A DNA stretch of 64,000 nucleotides, taken from positions 343 to 64,342 of the forward strand of contig JBGDCZ010000011.1 in assembly GCA_048493715.1 (NCBI GenBank), given 5' to 3'. This DNA is from Arsenophonus endosymbiont of Dermacentor nuttalli (lineage in GTDB: Bacteria > Pseudomonadota > Gammaproteobacteria > Enterobacterales > Enterobacteriaceae). The notes under the pieces are model-generated. The model saw only the letters and a program-made list of their open reading frames with translations, was not told where the DNA came from and made no database searches. The translations under genes and the position numbers were made by a program. Each line of letters starts with the position of its first letter. Within the stretch, counting starts at the first letter, position 1. This document shows, piece after piece, positions 24,865-34,972 of this stretch.

Positions 24865-25458
24865 ATGACTGCCACCGGGCATCTACTTTTTTCAGTATCA
24901 TCATTAATACTTGTGCATAAATTAGCAATTACACCAGAGTTTACACATGGTGATTGGCTTCATTTATTAGCCGGGGCATTACTTGGTGCTCTATTACCCG
25001 ATATTGATCATCCATCTTCTCATTTAGGGCGTCTATTTCGTTTTATTTCTGTTCCAGTTTGTCGTTTATGTGGTCATCGTGGCTTTACCCATAGCTTACT
25101 CGCATGGTTGCTGATCGTATTATTATCGACTCAACTTCCCAGTAATTATTGGCTTTCTGATGCACTAATTCAAGCATTTTTGTTAGGTTATTTCAGTCAT
25201 CTAATTGGAGACATGTTAACCACAAATGGTATACCTTTCCTATGGCCATTGAAACTTTGCTTTTGTTTCCCTATTTTAGGTAATAATTCTAATCACCGAG
25301 CAGAGCATTCTATTGCTATTTTATTAGCTATTTGTGCGGTATTAATTCCATCTCACTATCAATCACCTTTACTACCGCTATTACAAGAAACGAAAAAAAA
25401 CGTTATTACATATGTAGTTAATGAACTAAACGGCTTAAAATTATTACGTTCTCATTGA
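24865..25458 (+). CDS. ydjM: LexA-regulated inner membrane metal-dependent hydrolase-like protein YdjM
   Basis: 197 aa starting MTAxGHLLFS..LLPDIDHPxSxLG..GHRGFTHSLLA, as in E. coli YdjM. Confidence 0.85.
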   Translation: MTATGHLLFSVSSLILVHKLAITPEFTHGDWLHLLAGALLGALLPDIDHPSSHLGRLFRFISVPVCRLCGHRGFTHSLLAWLLIVLLSTQLPSNYWLSDALIQAFLLGYFSHLIGDMLTTNGIPFLWPLKLCFCFPILGNNSNHRAEHSIAILLAICAVLIPSHYQSPLLPLLQETKKNVITYVVNELNGLKLLRSH

Positions 25459-25616
25459 AAAATTATTAAAATAAAATTGCATTTAGTTATAACAAAAATA
25501 TTTTTATTACTGATAATTATAAGGCAAAATGTGTTTCATTGGAAGTTTTTAACCTTCATACTTCCCCAATGACAAAAAATGCTATACCTAGAACAATATG
25601 GAGTTGGAAAATGGGT

Positions 25617-26968
25617 ATGAATTTTCCTGTAATTCTTAATATACTTGTCTTTACTATATTACTACTATTATTGGCAAAAGTAAGTGCACATGGATGGAGC
25701 CTGTCAAAAAAAGTCTTTGGTGGTCTTCTTATTTGGTATCTTTTTTGGTGTGGTTTTGCATTTGGTATATGATATTAATAATCAAATAGTGCATGATTCA
25801 TTGTCGTGGTTCAATATAATTGGCAATGGTTATGTAAAACTGCTGTATGCTGTAAATGATCATTATGCCTTTAGTGTTTGCTTCAATACTTAATGCTGTC
25901 GCGCGCTTACATCAAACATCTTCATTAGGAAAAATCAGTTTCTTCACCATCGGGGTTCTGCTTTTTACAACAGCGATTGCCGCTATCATTGGTATCACTA
26001 TTACAATTTTGTTTGACTTAACGGCAGAAGGTCTTGTACAAAGTAGTCATGAAAATATTCAACTTGGTGTTATAGAAAGCAACTACATTCAAAAAATAAT
26101 ACCTGAATTAATATTATCATTTATTCCTAAAAATCCTTTTGCCGACTTGGCCGGAGCAAATCCAACCTCCCTTATCAGCGTTGTTATTTTTTCTACATTT
26201 TTAGGTATAGCTGCTCTGCAATTAGCTAAAATTAATCCTGCAAAAGGCGATAAGATTTTATCGGCGATAGATATTTTTCAAGCCTGGATCATAAAGCTGG
26301 TTCGTTTAGTTATACGACTAACACCATATGGCGTAATGGCTTTAATGATTAAAGTTGTTGCCAATTCAAATTTACAAGATATTATCAAGCTCGGCAGTTT
26401 TGTTATTGCATCCTACTTAGCGTTATCTTTAATGTTTATTATTCATGGTATTCTTCTTTCTTTACCTGGCATTAATCCAATAAAATTTTTTAAAAAAGTC
26501 ATTCCAGTTTTAATTTTTGCATTTACTAGTCGTTCTAGTGCCGCCAGTATTGCATTAAACGTTAAAACACAAACTCAACAATTAGGTACTCCTGAATCAA
26601 TCGCTAATTTTTCAGCATCCTTTGGTACCACAATTGGTCAAAATGGCTGCGCAGGAATTTACCCGGCAATGCTTGCTGTAATGGTTGCCCCAACTGTTGG
26701 AATCAATCCGCTAGATCCCGTATGGATTGCTACACTTGTTGTTATTGTAACCATTAGTTCTGCCGGGGTTGGTGGCGGAGCGACTTTTGCTGCATTAATG
26801 GTTTTACCTGCGATGGAGCTACCTATTACTTTAGTAGCATTACTTATTTCGATCGAACCACTGATTGATATGGGAAGAACTACACTAAATGTTAATGGTT
26901 CAATGGTTGCAGGAACAATTACTAGCCAATTAATGCATAAAACAGATAAAAATGTTTTCAATAAATAA
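25617..26968 (+). pseudogene. tcyP: L-cystine/sulfur amino acid symporter TcyP (YdjN), N-terminal frameshifts
   Basis: Three overlapping frames (25617-25772, to 25893, 25856-26968) together reproduce E. coli YdjN: MNFPxI..WSLxKKV / SxxWFNIxGNGYVxLL / [28 protein letters not shown]. Confidence 0.85.
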
Positions 26969-26994
26969 TATTTACAATTTTTAATTTATACTTA

Positions 26995-27025
26995 AAAGTC
27001 CTACTAGAAATCTATTTAGGACTTT
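26995..27025 (+). terminator. Hairpin after tcyP
   Basis: AAAGTCCTA-13 nt-TAGGACTTT, a perfect 9-bp stem 27 nt after the stop. The U-tract is weak. Confidence 0.4.
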
Positions 27026-27347
27026 AAGTTTCAATACCATTTTATGTAATAAATCATTTTTATTATCAGATGTAATTTACATTAACTATCATTTGCATAA
27101 TTAAATATTAATTAATTTTATTAATGTATTTCATTTTAAATACTGTAGATAACCAATAATTTGATACGATTAAACAAAAATACTAATAAGAAGGATAAAT
27201 TAGGGCATAATACCTTTCAAAAACATAACGTTAGTATAACTTGCAAGAATGATTTTATTTTCCTATATTTCACTTACTGTTTGCCAGATAATAGATCTAT
27301 TTGCGTCAATGTAGAACTCTTGACATATTTTTTAACCAGGTAAAAAA

Positions 27348-28151
27348 CTACCACCAATTATAAAAATAATGTACAGGTCCAACACCTTCTCCAACAGTTA
27401 ATCTGTTAGCATGTTTTAATGTATTTTGGACATAATTTTTAGCTGTAATGACTGTATCATGCCAATTGTCAAAGTAAGGACGAAGTGCAGCCAACACAAC
27501 AGATAATGTACAGCCGGTACCATGAAGTATGCTTGGTTTTTACTCTAGGTAATCAATATCTCCATTCACCACTATGTGTAACAACCAATCTGGACTTTCT
27601 TTATTATCAAGATGTCCACCCTTAATAAGTACTCCCTGACAGCCAAATGACAATAATTTTCTTCCTTGTGATAACATCTCCCGTTCATTGTCAGCTACAG
27701 AACAATTAAGAAGTGCTGCAGCCTCTGGCAAATTTGGCGTAATAAGCGACACTTTAGGAAACAAGTTATTAATAATACTATCGATCGCATCAGCCTTTAA
27801 TAATGCTACCCCGCTTTTAGCTAGCATAACCGTATCAAGTACCGTAAAAGTTAATGAATACTTTTTTAATGCGGCGGCTACTATGGATATATTCGTAATA
27901 TTGAATAACATAACAATTTTCACGCTATCAATTGCACATCGGTTACGGTTAACACCGATTCAAGTTGTGAAGCAATGATTTCACCCGCCAAATTATGAAT
28001 TGACTGTACCCCACAAGTATTTTGTGCAACTAATGCTGTTATCACACCTGTACCATAATTGCCTAATGCTGAAAAAACTTTCAAATCAGCATGAATACCT
28101 GCACCACTCGTTAGATCAGTTCCTGCGATTGATAAGGAATTGATAGATCAT
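27348..28151 (-). pseudogene. thiD: Hydroxymethylpyrimidine / phosphomethylpyrimidine kinase ThiD, disrupted
   Basis: Pieces align with E. coli ThiD (SIAGTDxxSGAGIxADLK; VLDTVMLAKSG..SLITPNLPEAAALL; HGTGCTLS..GPVHxFxxWW). The ATG at 28151 is out of frame by 1 nt, and there are internal stops and frameshifts. Confidence 0.8.
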
Positions 28152-29866
28152 AAAATTTTCCTAACTTTTAACATTAATCAGAATAACCTATGCTACCTTA
28201 CTTAACTAATTACTTTAAACCTATCGTTATTTTATGTTAAAAAATATTAATAGATTTCCTTTACAATCTAATTTATCTTTTCTTATTTAACTATAAAGAT
28301 AAAATAAAATTATTTTCATTAAAATAACTATTTTGACAAAATTAAAACATAAAATTTTTTATTGACTTGTTATAAAATTAAACAATAAATAACCTATAAA
28401 ATAATTTGTTTAATAACTGGAATTCACTATAAAATAACTAAAATTAAGTGTATTCAAAACACACCACTAGCAGATTTTAGTCTATCGTTTTAATATAAAA
28501 TAGTTTTCAGTAATAGCAACTTGATCACTTATAGCCTAGTTTAAATATCAAAGCTAAAATAGGTCATTTCAAAAACAACATTATTAATAGATTATATCAT
28601 CTTTGAATGGAAAAACATAATAACTAACATACAGCTATTCATTTTTTATTAATTACAGTAATAAATTGAAATAAACAATAATAAATTAGATATTGAGCAT
28701 TTCACTTTGACATATAATTTATTATTTATATAAAAAAGATATTTTTATTGCATAATTAAAAGCATTTATTATCTAATTTATCAAATGAAAATTTAAATAA
28801 TAAATAGATTCTTAAATTCTACTATCTGGAATATATTCAGACAAAAAATTATTAGCTGTATGATCTACGGTTTTAACAATCAGTCTGAATTAGTCTATAT
28901 TAGAAGAAAAATTTGGTTTAATAGCGAAAAATATTCAGCTAAAAAAATTCACACCTATATAATGAAATATTGATTGAATAAAATCAATATTAACAAAACT
29001 ATCTCTTTTACTTAAAGACTTAGATATAACAATTATCAATTGTACTAAAAAACAACAACAGCAAAAACAACTTAGATAGCAATAATAATTACGTATAAAA
29101 ACTACTCCATAAGATATTAAAAAGCAAGTCTATGTCATTCCTGCTGTTCTTAATAAGGTTATATTATAGCAATGAAAAACTTTCAACAATAATTCAATAT
29201 CTAACTAATTTCAAATAAAAATTTGTTGTCAGCTATCTTTAGTTTAATTTAAAAGTTGGGGAATGTTAGATATATGAAATCTGAACTAAAACATTATCTA
29301 TATATAACTAAAAACCACAAGTATATCTGGTATAATAAATAATTAATTTTAATAGTTCATCTTATTGTGAAATAAATTACTTAAAAATCCATATACATCC
29401 AACACTTTGACTATCTAAAAAATACAACTATAAATTATAAATATATTGATTATGTTCATTAGTTGATATTTAGAATTATACTTCAAAATAAAAATCCCAA
29501 TAATTTTATAATTTTAGTTAAATTATCTGATAAAAATAACAATGTAATTTAACAATTGATTTGATTCATTGTTAGTACAATCTAATATTTATAAAACATA
29601 TTTACATTAAAAATAGTTAATTAATTTTTAACTAGAGAAATAACAAGATATTTTACCAAATTATTTTATAAATAAATTATGCACATTTCATTAACACAAT
29701 AATATAATTTTCCAAAAATTATTTAACTTATATATTCTTTTTAAGAAAAACAGAAATATTATTAATCTTACATACATTTAAGTTACCATGATTTCCATGG
29801 TGTAAATAAGGCGATTTTAATTAATGCTATCAATCTCTACTATTTTAATTTTAGATAAATTATAAT
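28152..29866. other. About 1.7 kb of extremely AT-rich DNA with no ORF of 60 codons or more in any frame
   Basis: The ORF track is empty here and by eye the stretch is almost entirely A/T. It contains a 10-bp inverted repeat at 28965-28990 (AATATTGATT-6 nt-AATCAATATT). Confidence 0.6.
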
Positions 29867-30259
29867 TTAATTTGTATTTTTTAAATAATTGTAGATGTGA
29901 GTAATTAGAAGATATCGCTTAGGGAGTTTTTCACTCCATAATATTTCTGTACCATCTTTTATAATCGCACAAATCATATCATTCGGCATTATTTTCAAAT
30001 CAAGATAACTACTAACATTGTAAAGTTTTTTTCGAACTCTAGAAAACAATTGGCTAACATTATTTGCAGTTATACTCCTATATCTATCCATCCAAACATA
30101 TTGAATAAGGTGTTCTAAATCCATTGTATCCTTGCCATGTAAAAAATTAAGGATAAATTCAAGCATAAGAAATTCTTTAGGAGTTAATTTTACAATTTCA
30201 TCTTCTATTTCAACCGTCCTACCAACACTATTGATAACTATATACGACTTCGTAGCTTC
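29867..30259 (-). pseudogene. Small OmpR/PhoB/ToxR-type winged-helix DNA-binding protein lacking a canonical start codon
   Basis: The open frame reads ..VKLTPKEFLMLEFILNFLHGKDTMDLEHLIQYVWMD..ANNVSQLFSRVRKKL, a trans_reg_C pattern. The first in-frame ATG (30166) lies inside the domain. An AGGAG sits 9 nt before an in-frame ACG at 30253-30251. Confidence 0.5.
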
Positions 30260-30450
30260 CTACTCCTGATAAAATATAAACAAACTAATATAGTTATACT
30301 TATTCAATAAAAAATACAAAACTATACTTTTTTTTATTGGGCTTATGTTAAAAATTTTGATAATAGCTTTTTTAAAGACTAAATTAACTAAAATTAATTT
30401 TACAGCAATAACAGGTTTAATTAATATAAATTTTATTTCATTTAATGAAT

Positions 30451-30473
30451 TTTAGTTCCTATTAGGAACTAAA
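30451..30473. repeat. Perfect 23-bp palindrome
   Basis: TTTAGTTCCTA-T-TAGGAACTAAA, with 11-bp arms and no mismatches. Confidence 0.9.
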
Positions 30474-30560
30474 TATTATTACTAATTATGAAAAATTTTA
30501 AATCCATCTTTAGCTATTTTATTAAAAATAATCAATTATATCTTTCCAAAGAGTATATTT

Positions 30561-30613
30561 ATAAAATAAAATAAAATAAAATAAAATAAAATAAAATAAA
30601 ATAAAATAAAATA
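30561..30613. repeat. Pentanucleotide microsatellite (ATAAA)10
   Basis: Ten perfect tandem ATAAA units (30561-30610) plus a partial unit, 26 nt upstream of ORF 30639. Confidence 0.95.
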
Positions 30614-30638
30614 ATGAACGTACCATTGTGGTATATTA

Positions 30639-30866
30639 ATGGCAAACATAGTGGTTGTAACGCTTAATTTTAATATTTGCCTTACTTTTGTTGCAATAAA
30701 ATTCTTTAAAAAGTTAAATATAGAATCTGGGGGTTATACCCATATGCCTAAGGAAAATGATGTTCTTATACGGTGTCTTATAGGTTTGTTTTCTGCATGG
30801 GGAGGTGTAACTAGATATATACTAAATACGGAAAAAAAAAGAAATCAAAAAGACGATGGGGAGTAA
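30639..30866 (+). CDS. Hypothetical small ORF (75 codons); the part from the internal Met, MPKENDVLIRCLIGLFSAWGGV, has one hydrophobic segment
   Basis: ORF only, with no convincing Shine-Dalgarno. Contains an A9 homopolymer at 30832-30840. Confidence 0.25.
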   Translation: MANIVVVTLNFNICLTFVAIKFFKKLNIESGGYTHMPKENDVLIRCLIGLFSAWGGVTRYILNTEKKRNQKDDGE

Positions 30867-30905
30867 TAATTAAATATTTATAATTATAGCAGATATAAAA
30901 GTAAA

Positions 30906-31085
30906 TTATTTTTTATCAATCCTAAAATTGAAAACCTTTTGGTAGAGTAGTTTTAATCTTGTACCACCCATGGATCCAAGTAAACCAACAACCACTAATG
31001 CAATATAGTGGCTAGCGTCATATTCCATTAATAATAAACCGCCAATAAATCCAGTAAAACAAGATATAATAATTTCAAATATCAT
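30906..31085 (-). CDS. Hypothetical 59-aa two-TM membrane peptide
   Basis: Hand-translated as MIFEIIISCFTGFIGGLLLMEYDASHYIALVVVGLLGSMGGTRLKLLYQKVFNFRIDKK. It is convergent with ORF 30639-30866 and below the ORF-track cutoff. Confidence 0.25.
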   Translation of the reverse strand: MIFEIIISCFTGFIGGLLLMEYDASHYIALVVVGLLGSMGGTRLKLLYQKVFNFRIDKK

Positions 31086-31568
31086 GGCTATCTATGTTTT
31101 TCTTTTTACTATAATAATCACTAAGGGTAGCTTTTAAGATAATATTATACTTTTAATGGATACCAACTATATCATTTTGATAAACAATATCATATTTACT
31201 CCTCATTTACTAAGTCGATAACATTACTTAAATCTAATGTTAAATTTATTGTGTTATGTATTTTAAAAATAAAAATTATTAAATTATCATATTCAAATCT
31301 TAGAATACAGAGCATAATGATTAACATTACATTTCCATTGAGATTAATAGCAGAAAAAGCAAAAAATATATATTTAATTATATTAATTTAGCAAAAATAA
31401 CAGCTAAAAAGATAAAATAAAAAAATAATATTAATCATTTAAAAATATTGATTTTTGTATATTCACTAATATTAAGTGAAATTAATTTCACTTTACTCTG
31501 CTGAAATCTTAAAATCCATAACCATATTTTTAATGATATTAACAAATATTTAATTAACCCGGGAAAAA

Positions 31569-33423
31569 ATGAATATTAAAAAATACACGGAAAATAGCAA
31601 AATAACTATTGTCAAACATAAATTTATACAAGACAAACAAAGCTCTTTAATTCGAACTTTTGTTATTCAAGAATTAAATATGCAATTTATACGACTGGTA
31701 TTTACTTTGGCTAATATGCAATCCGGCTCATATATAGAAATGACCGATCGTGAAAAACAAAATATCCGTATCTTTCCACTTGATAAAGGCTCTAGGCTAG
31801 ATGTAACTTTTTTTACTAACTGTATCAATATCAAAGTCATACTGCCTAAAAATTATCACTATAATGAGAATCAAATGGTAGATCTTGCTTACTATGAAGT
31901 GCTACCCCATGACTTAACGCAAGTCGTCGAAGATAGCAAGGATAGGCGACAACCTGATATGTGGTATAAAAATACACTTTTCTTTAATCCAGTTCGTTCG
32001 GTACATTTTGTCGCATTTAACGGTTACGGTGGAACCTGCTCATTTATCGGCTCATCTAATCATGTACTAACAAACCATCATGTCGTTTTAGACCCCAACA
32101 ATCAAATCGACCCAGAAGCGGTAAAAACTGGTGAAATATTGGTTAACTGGCACAATACCACCAACGACTTTTCATCACCAGTCACTGATATTATCCATTT
32201 TGATACAGATGAAGCATTAGTGCATGGTGAATCAAATGGCAGCAGCGATGACTATGCCTTATTTACCATTACGGATTTTGATTATTACAATACTCACGTT
32301 AAAACTTTATTCGGCGGTTTAAAGCTTCAAGAAACAATAAATGAGAAGCGTGAAAACATATATATTCCCGAACATGGTGGTGTAAAACCCTTACAAATTA
32401 GGGCTCGACAAACTTTTACTATGGATCCTTTTACATCAATAATGCTGGTTGGCAGGAAGGTGAATTAATCATTTTTGACGATATGGAGTCAGGATCGTCA
32501 GGCGCCCCACTAATTAGTCGGAAAACCCATCACGCATTAGGAATTTTATGGGGTCAAATACTCCTGCAAAGAGGAGCTTCATCACCATACCTTCTCGATA
32601 AACTAAAAGAGTTTATTTCTACTAATAATACCCAAATTAAGTCACAAGGTAATATTGAAGCCACACCAGTAGATAACGCTGAAATTAAAGTTATTTTAGG
32701 CTATAAAGAACAATTAATTCCTTTTGACACCATCCAAGTTGAAAACCACGATGGTTACTCTATTGTCGAAATGGCTGGATTGGATCTCACGACAAGAACG
32801 ACTTTACCGGTAAAATACAAAGTATTAGCAATTATGACGAATAACCAGGTGACACATCTCAATGATCCTGCGTTAGCTGGAGAAGTCACTCTGAAATTTA
32901 TTCCTTATCACCCGCATCTTAAGCTATAACTATGATGTTTTTGAAATACCATTTGATATTAAAACAGCAGACAGCGTACCAGTAGTTTTTGATGTGAACC
33001 AAGCTAATTCTGTCTTGCATCCATTTACCGAAACTAATCCTAATTTATCATTTTATACTTTACGCCATGGCTGAGGATCAGAAAAAGTCGGTGAAATTGT
33101 AAATCGTTACTCGATTTTAAAAGCACTAATAATAAACGAAAAAGGTAAAAAAGAGTTAGTTACTTTCCAGGCATATCAAATAAAATCAATAACAAATAAA
33201 GAACCATACCCTACAATATGAACCAGCTAGAATTAACTTAAAATGTAATTATGATATTAAAGGCCCATCATATTTAAGAGTCTGTTATTACCCTGAAAAT
33301 AATCTTCATTTTATCGGTAAAGGAACATTCAAAGGCATTATTGCGCTCCATGGCAGTGATGAAAGTGGTTCTGCTGAACGGTTATGTAAAAATATTTTAT
33401 TGGATATTACAATAAACGGATAA
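31569..33423 (+). pseudogene. Large trypsin-fold (S1/Trypsin_2-like) serine protease with unknown N- and C-terminal regions, disrupted
   Basis: The catalytic triad context is visible: His in SNHVLTNHHVV, Asp in SSDDYALFTI, Ser in DMESGSSGAPLI. The Ser is in a different frame (frameshift about 32420-32450). The frame changes further near 32930 and 33220, and there is an in-frame TGA near 33072. The reconstructed length is about 617 codons. No signal peptide is evident. Confidence 0.65.
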
Positions 33424-33464
33424 TTCATAATTAAATAATATTATAAAAACAATAGACAAATAAT

Positions 33465-33498
33465 AATACCAGTTTTTTATAACACTGGTATTACTTTT
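33465..33498 (+). terminator. Rho-independent terminator after the protease pseudogene
   Basis: AATACCAGT-10 nt-ACTGGTATT, a perfect 9-bp stem followed by ACTTTT, 42 nt after the reconstructed stop. Confidence 0.55.
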
Positions 33499-33712
33499 AA
33501 TCAATTAAATAATTAAAACATAATAAGTAACATTAGATATTAAATTAATATTAAGGAGCAAAAATAAGCTATTATCAATAATCGCTTAGATCTATTTTCT
33601 TACTGTTAAAAGAGCTTACTTCTTAATATTATCAATAAGAAATTATGTTAACAGAATAAGAGTGATAACTTAATATTTAACTTTCCTTTTATAACATTAA
33701 ATAGGTTATAAT

Positions 33713-34413
33713 ATGAACAATAAAAAAATTTCCACCGAGCAAAAAGAATTAATTTTTGCATTTGTCCTTTTCCCTGGAATAACACCATTAGATATTATTG
33801 CACCGGCCACACTATTACAAAATCAAGGGCTGGCATGACAAACAACCTGTTGCAACAAAAATTAATTGTGTAACACTGACACCAACAACGACATTTGATG
33901 AATTGAATGTGGTAGATATATTATGCATTACCGGCTCTCATAATCCTTTACCTGCACTTAAAGATACTAAAATGGATATATAAGGTTAGTCAGAATGCTA
34001 AATATATTACTAGTGTTTATAATGGCTCAATGTTTTTAGCCGCTGTAAATCTATTAGATAACTATCAATCCTTAACACATTGGAGTTGTAATGAATTTTT
34101 AGCCCAGCTCGGGGCTACCGTTTCAAACCAACGTGTTACTATTGATAGAAATAGAATTACTGGTGGCGGAGTCACCACTGGTATTGATTCTGAGTTATAC
34201 TTATTATCCATGCTAAAATCAGAAACTGACGCAAAGTTAATGCAACTATTTACCCAGTATGACCCTCACCCCTTCCATTCAGGAAACTCTGAAATAGCCG
34301 AACCGGAATTAGTTAATTTAGCGCGCGATAAAATTAAAGCATCATTTGAAACAGAAACCCCTGATTATCTTGAAATACTTAAATGTGCAATTGAAGGAAA
34401 AAAGATTTTCTGA
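33713..34413 (+). pseudogene. DJ-1/PfpI (isocyanide hydratase-like) family protein, frameshifted
   Basis: Three fragments carry LFPGITPLDIIAP, LTPTTTFDEL..ILCITG, and THW..RITGGGVTTGIDSEL..YDPHPPF-like motifs. The nucleophile position reads SVYNG instead of SVCTG. Confidence 0.7.
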
Positions 34414-34506
34414 ATACTTACATTAATGTATTCAATAATGTTGTATATTATTTAATTTATTGATATATTTAGGTTATTATAAAAATAATAAGCATCCGGA
34501 TGCATT

Positions 34507-34972
34507 ATGATTAATAACCTTAAACGCCATAAACTCACTGAAGCTATTTTGAAGTTTTCTTTATCAACGCTTTTTTTCATTTTATTTACAGCTAGTGCTC
34601 ATCAGTACAAAGAAATTGCTGATCTTATTGAGCAACGCCTCTCTTATATGAAATATGTTGCCAGATACAAATTTGAAAAACACTTGCCAGTAGAAGATCG
34701 TACCCAAGAAAATAAAGTTATTTTGAACTCGATTAATAAAGCAGAAGCTTTAGGTTTGGACAAAAAATCAATAGAGCCTTTTATGATATCGCAAATAAAT
34801 GCTGCTATAAAGCAATTCAATATCGTTACAAAGCAGATTGGTTGTCCATGCCGGAGAACAGACAGCAAAATACGACTTATCGAATATTAGTTTAAAAATT
34901 AGTAAATTAAGTGATAATATCCTACAATTAATCGCTGAGGAATTAAAAAATAATGGTCAAATAAAAAATTAG
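34507..34972 (+). pseudogene. Secreted (periplasmic, AroQ-gamma type) chorismate mutase with a C-terminal frameshift
   Basis: Signal peptide ending ASA-HQ, then LIEQRLSYMKYVARYKFEKHLPVEDRTQE..GLDKKSIEPFMISQINAA. The frame changes near 34812 and the alternative frame continues to the TAG at 34970. Confidence 0.6.

Noticed and set aside
27161-27343. Isolated ORFs in AT-rich spacers (27161-27343, 35208-35420, 24684-24920, 2448-2681, 14468-14777)
   Set aside because: They are low-complexity, Lys/Asn/Ile/Phe-rich translations without Shine-Dalgarno or homology. They overlap better-supported features or spacers.
28231-28241. TTATGTTAAAA resembling the XerD arm of dif (also at 42073 and 30345)
   Set aside because: The adjacent 17 nt do not match the central region or the XerC arm (GGTGCGCATAA), so this is not a dif site. 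It is retained only as part of the shared-motif observation.
30561-30613. Tandem repeats at 30561-30613 and 46076-46104 considered as possible CRISPR arrays
   Set aside because: The units are 5 nt with no spacers and there are no cas genes. These are simple microsatellites.
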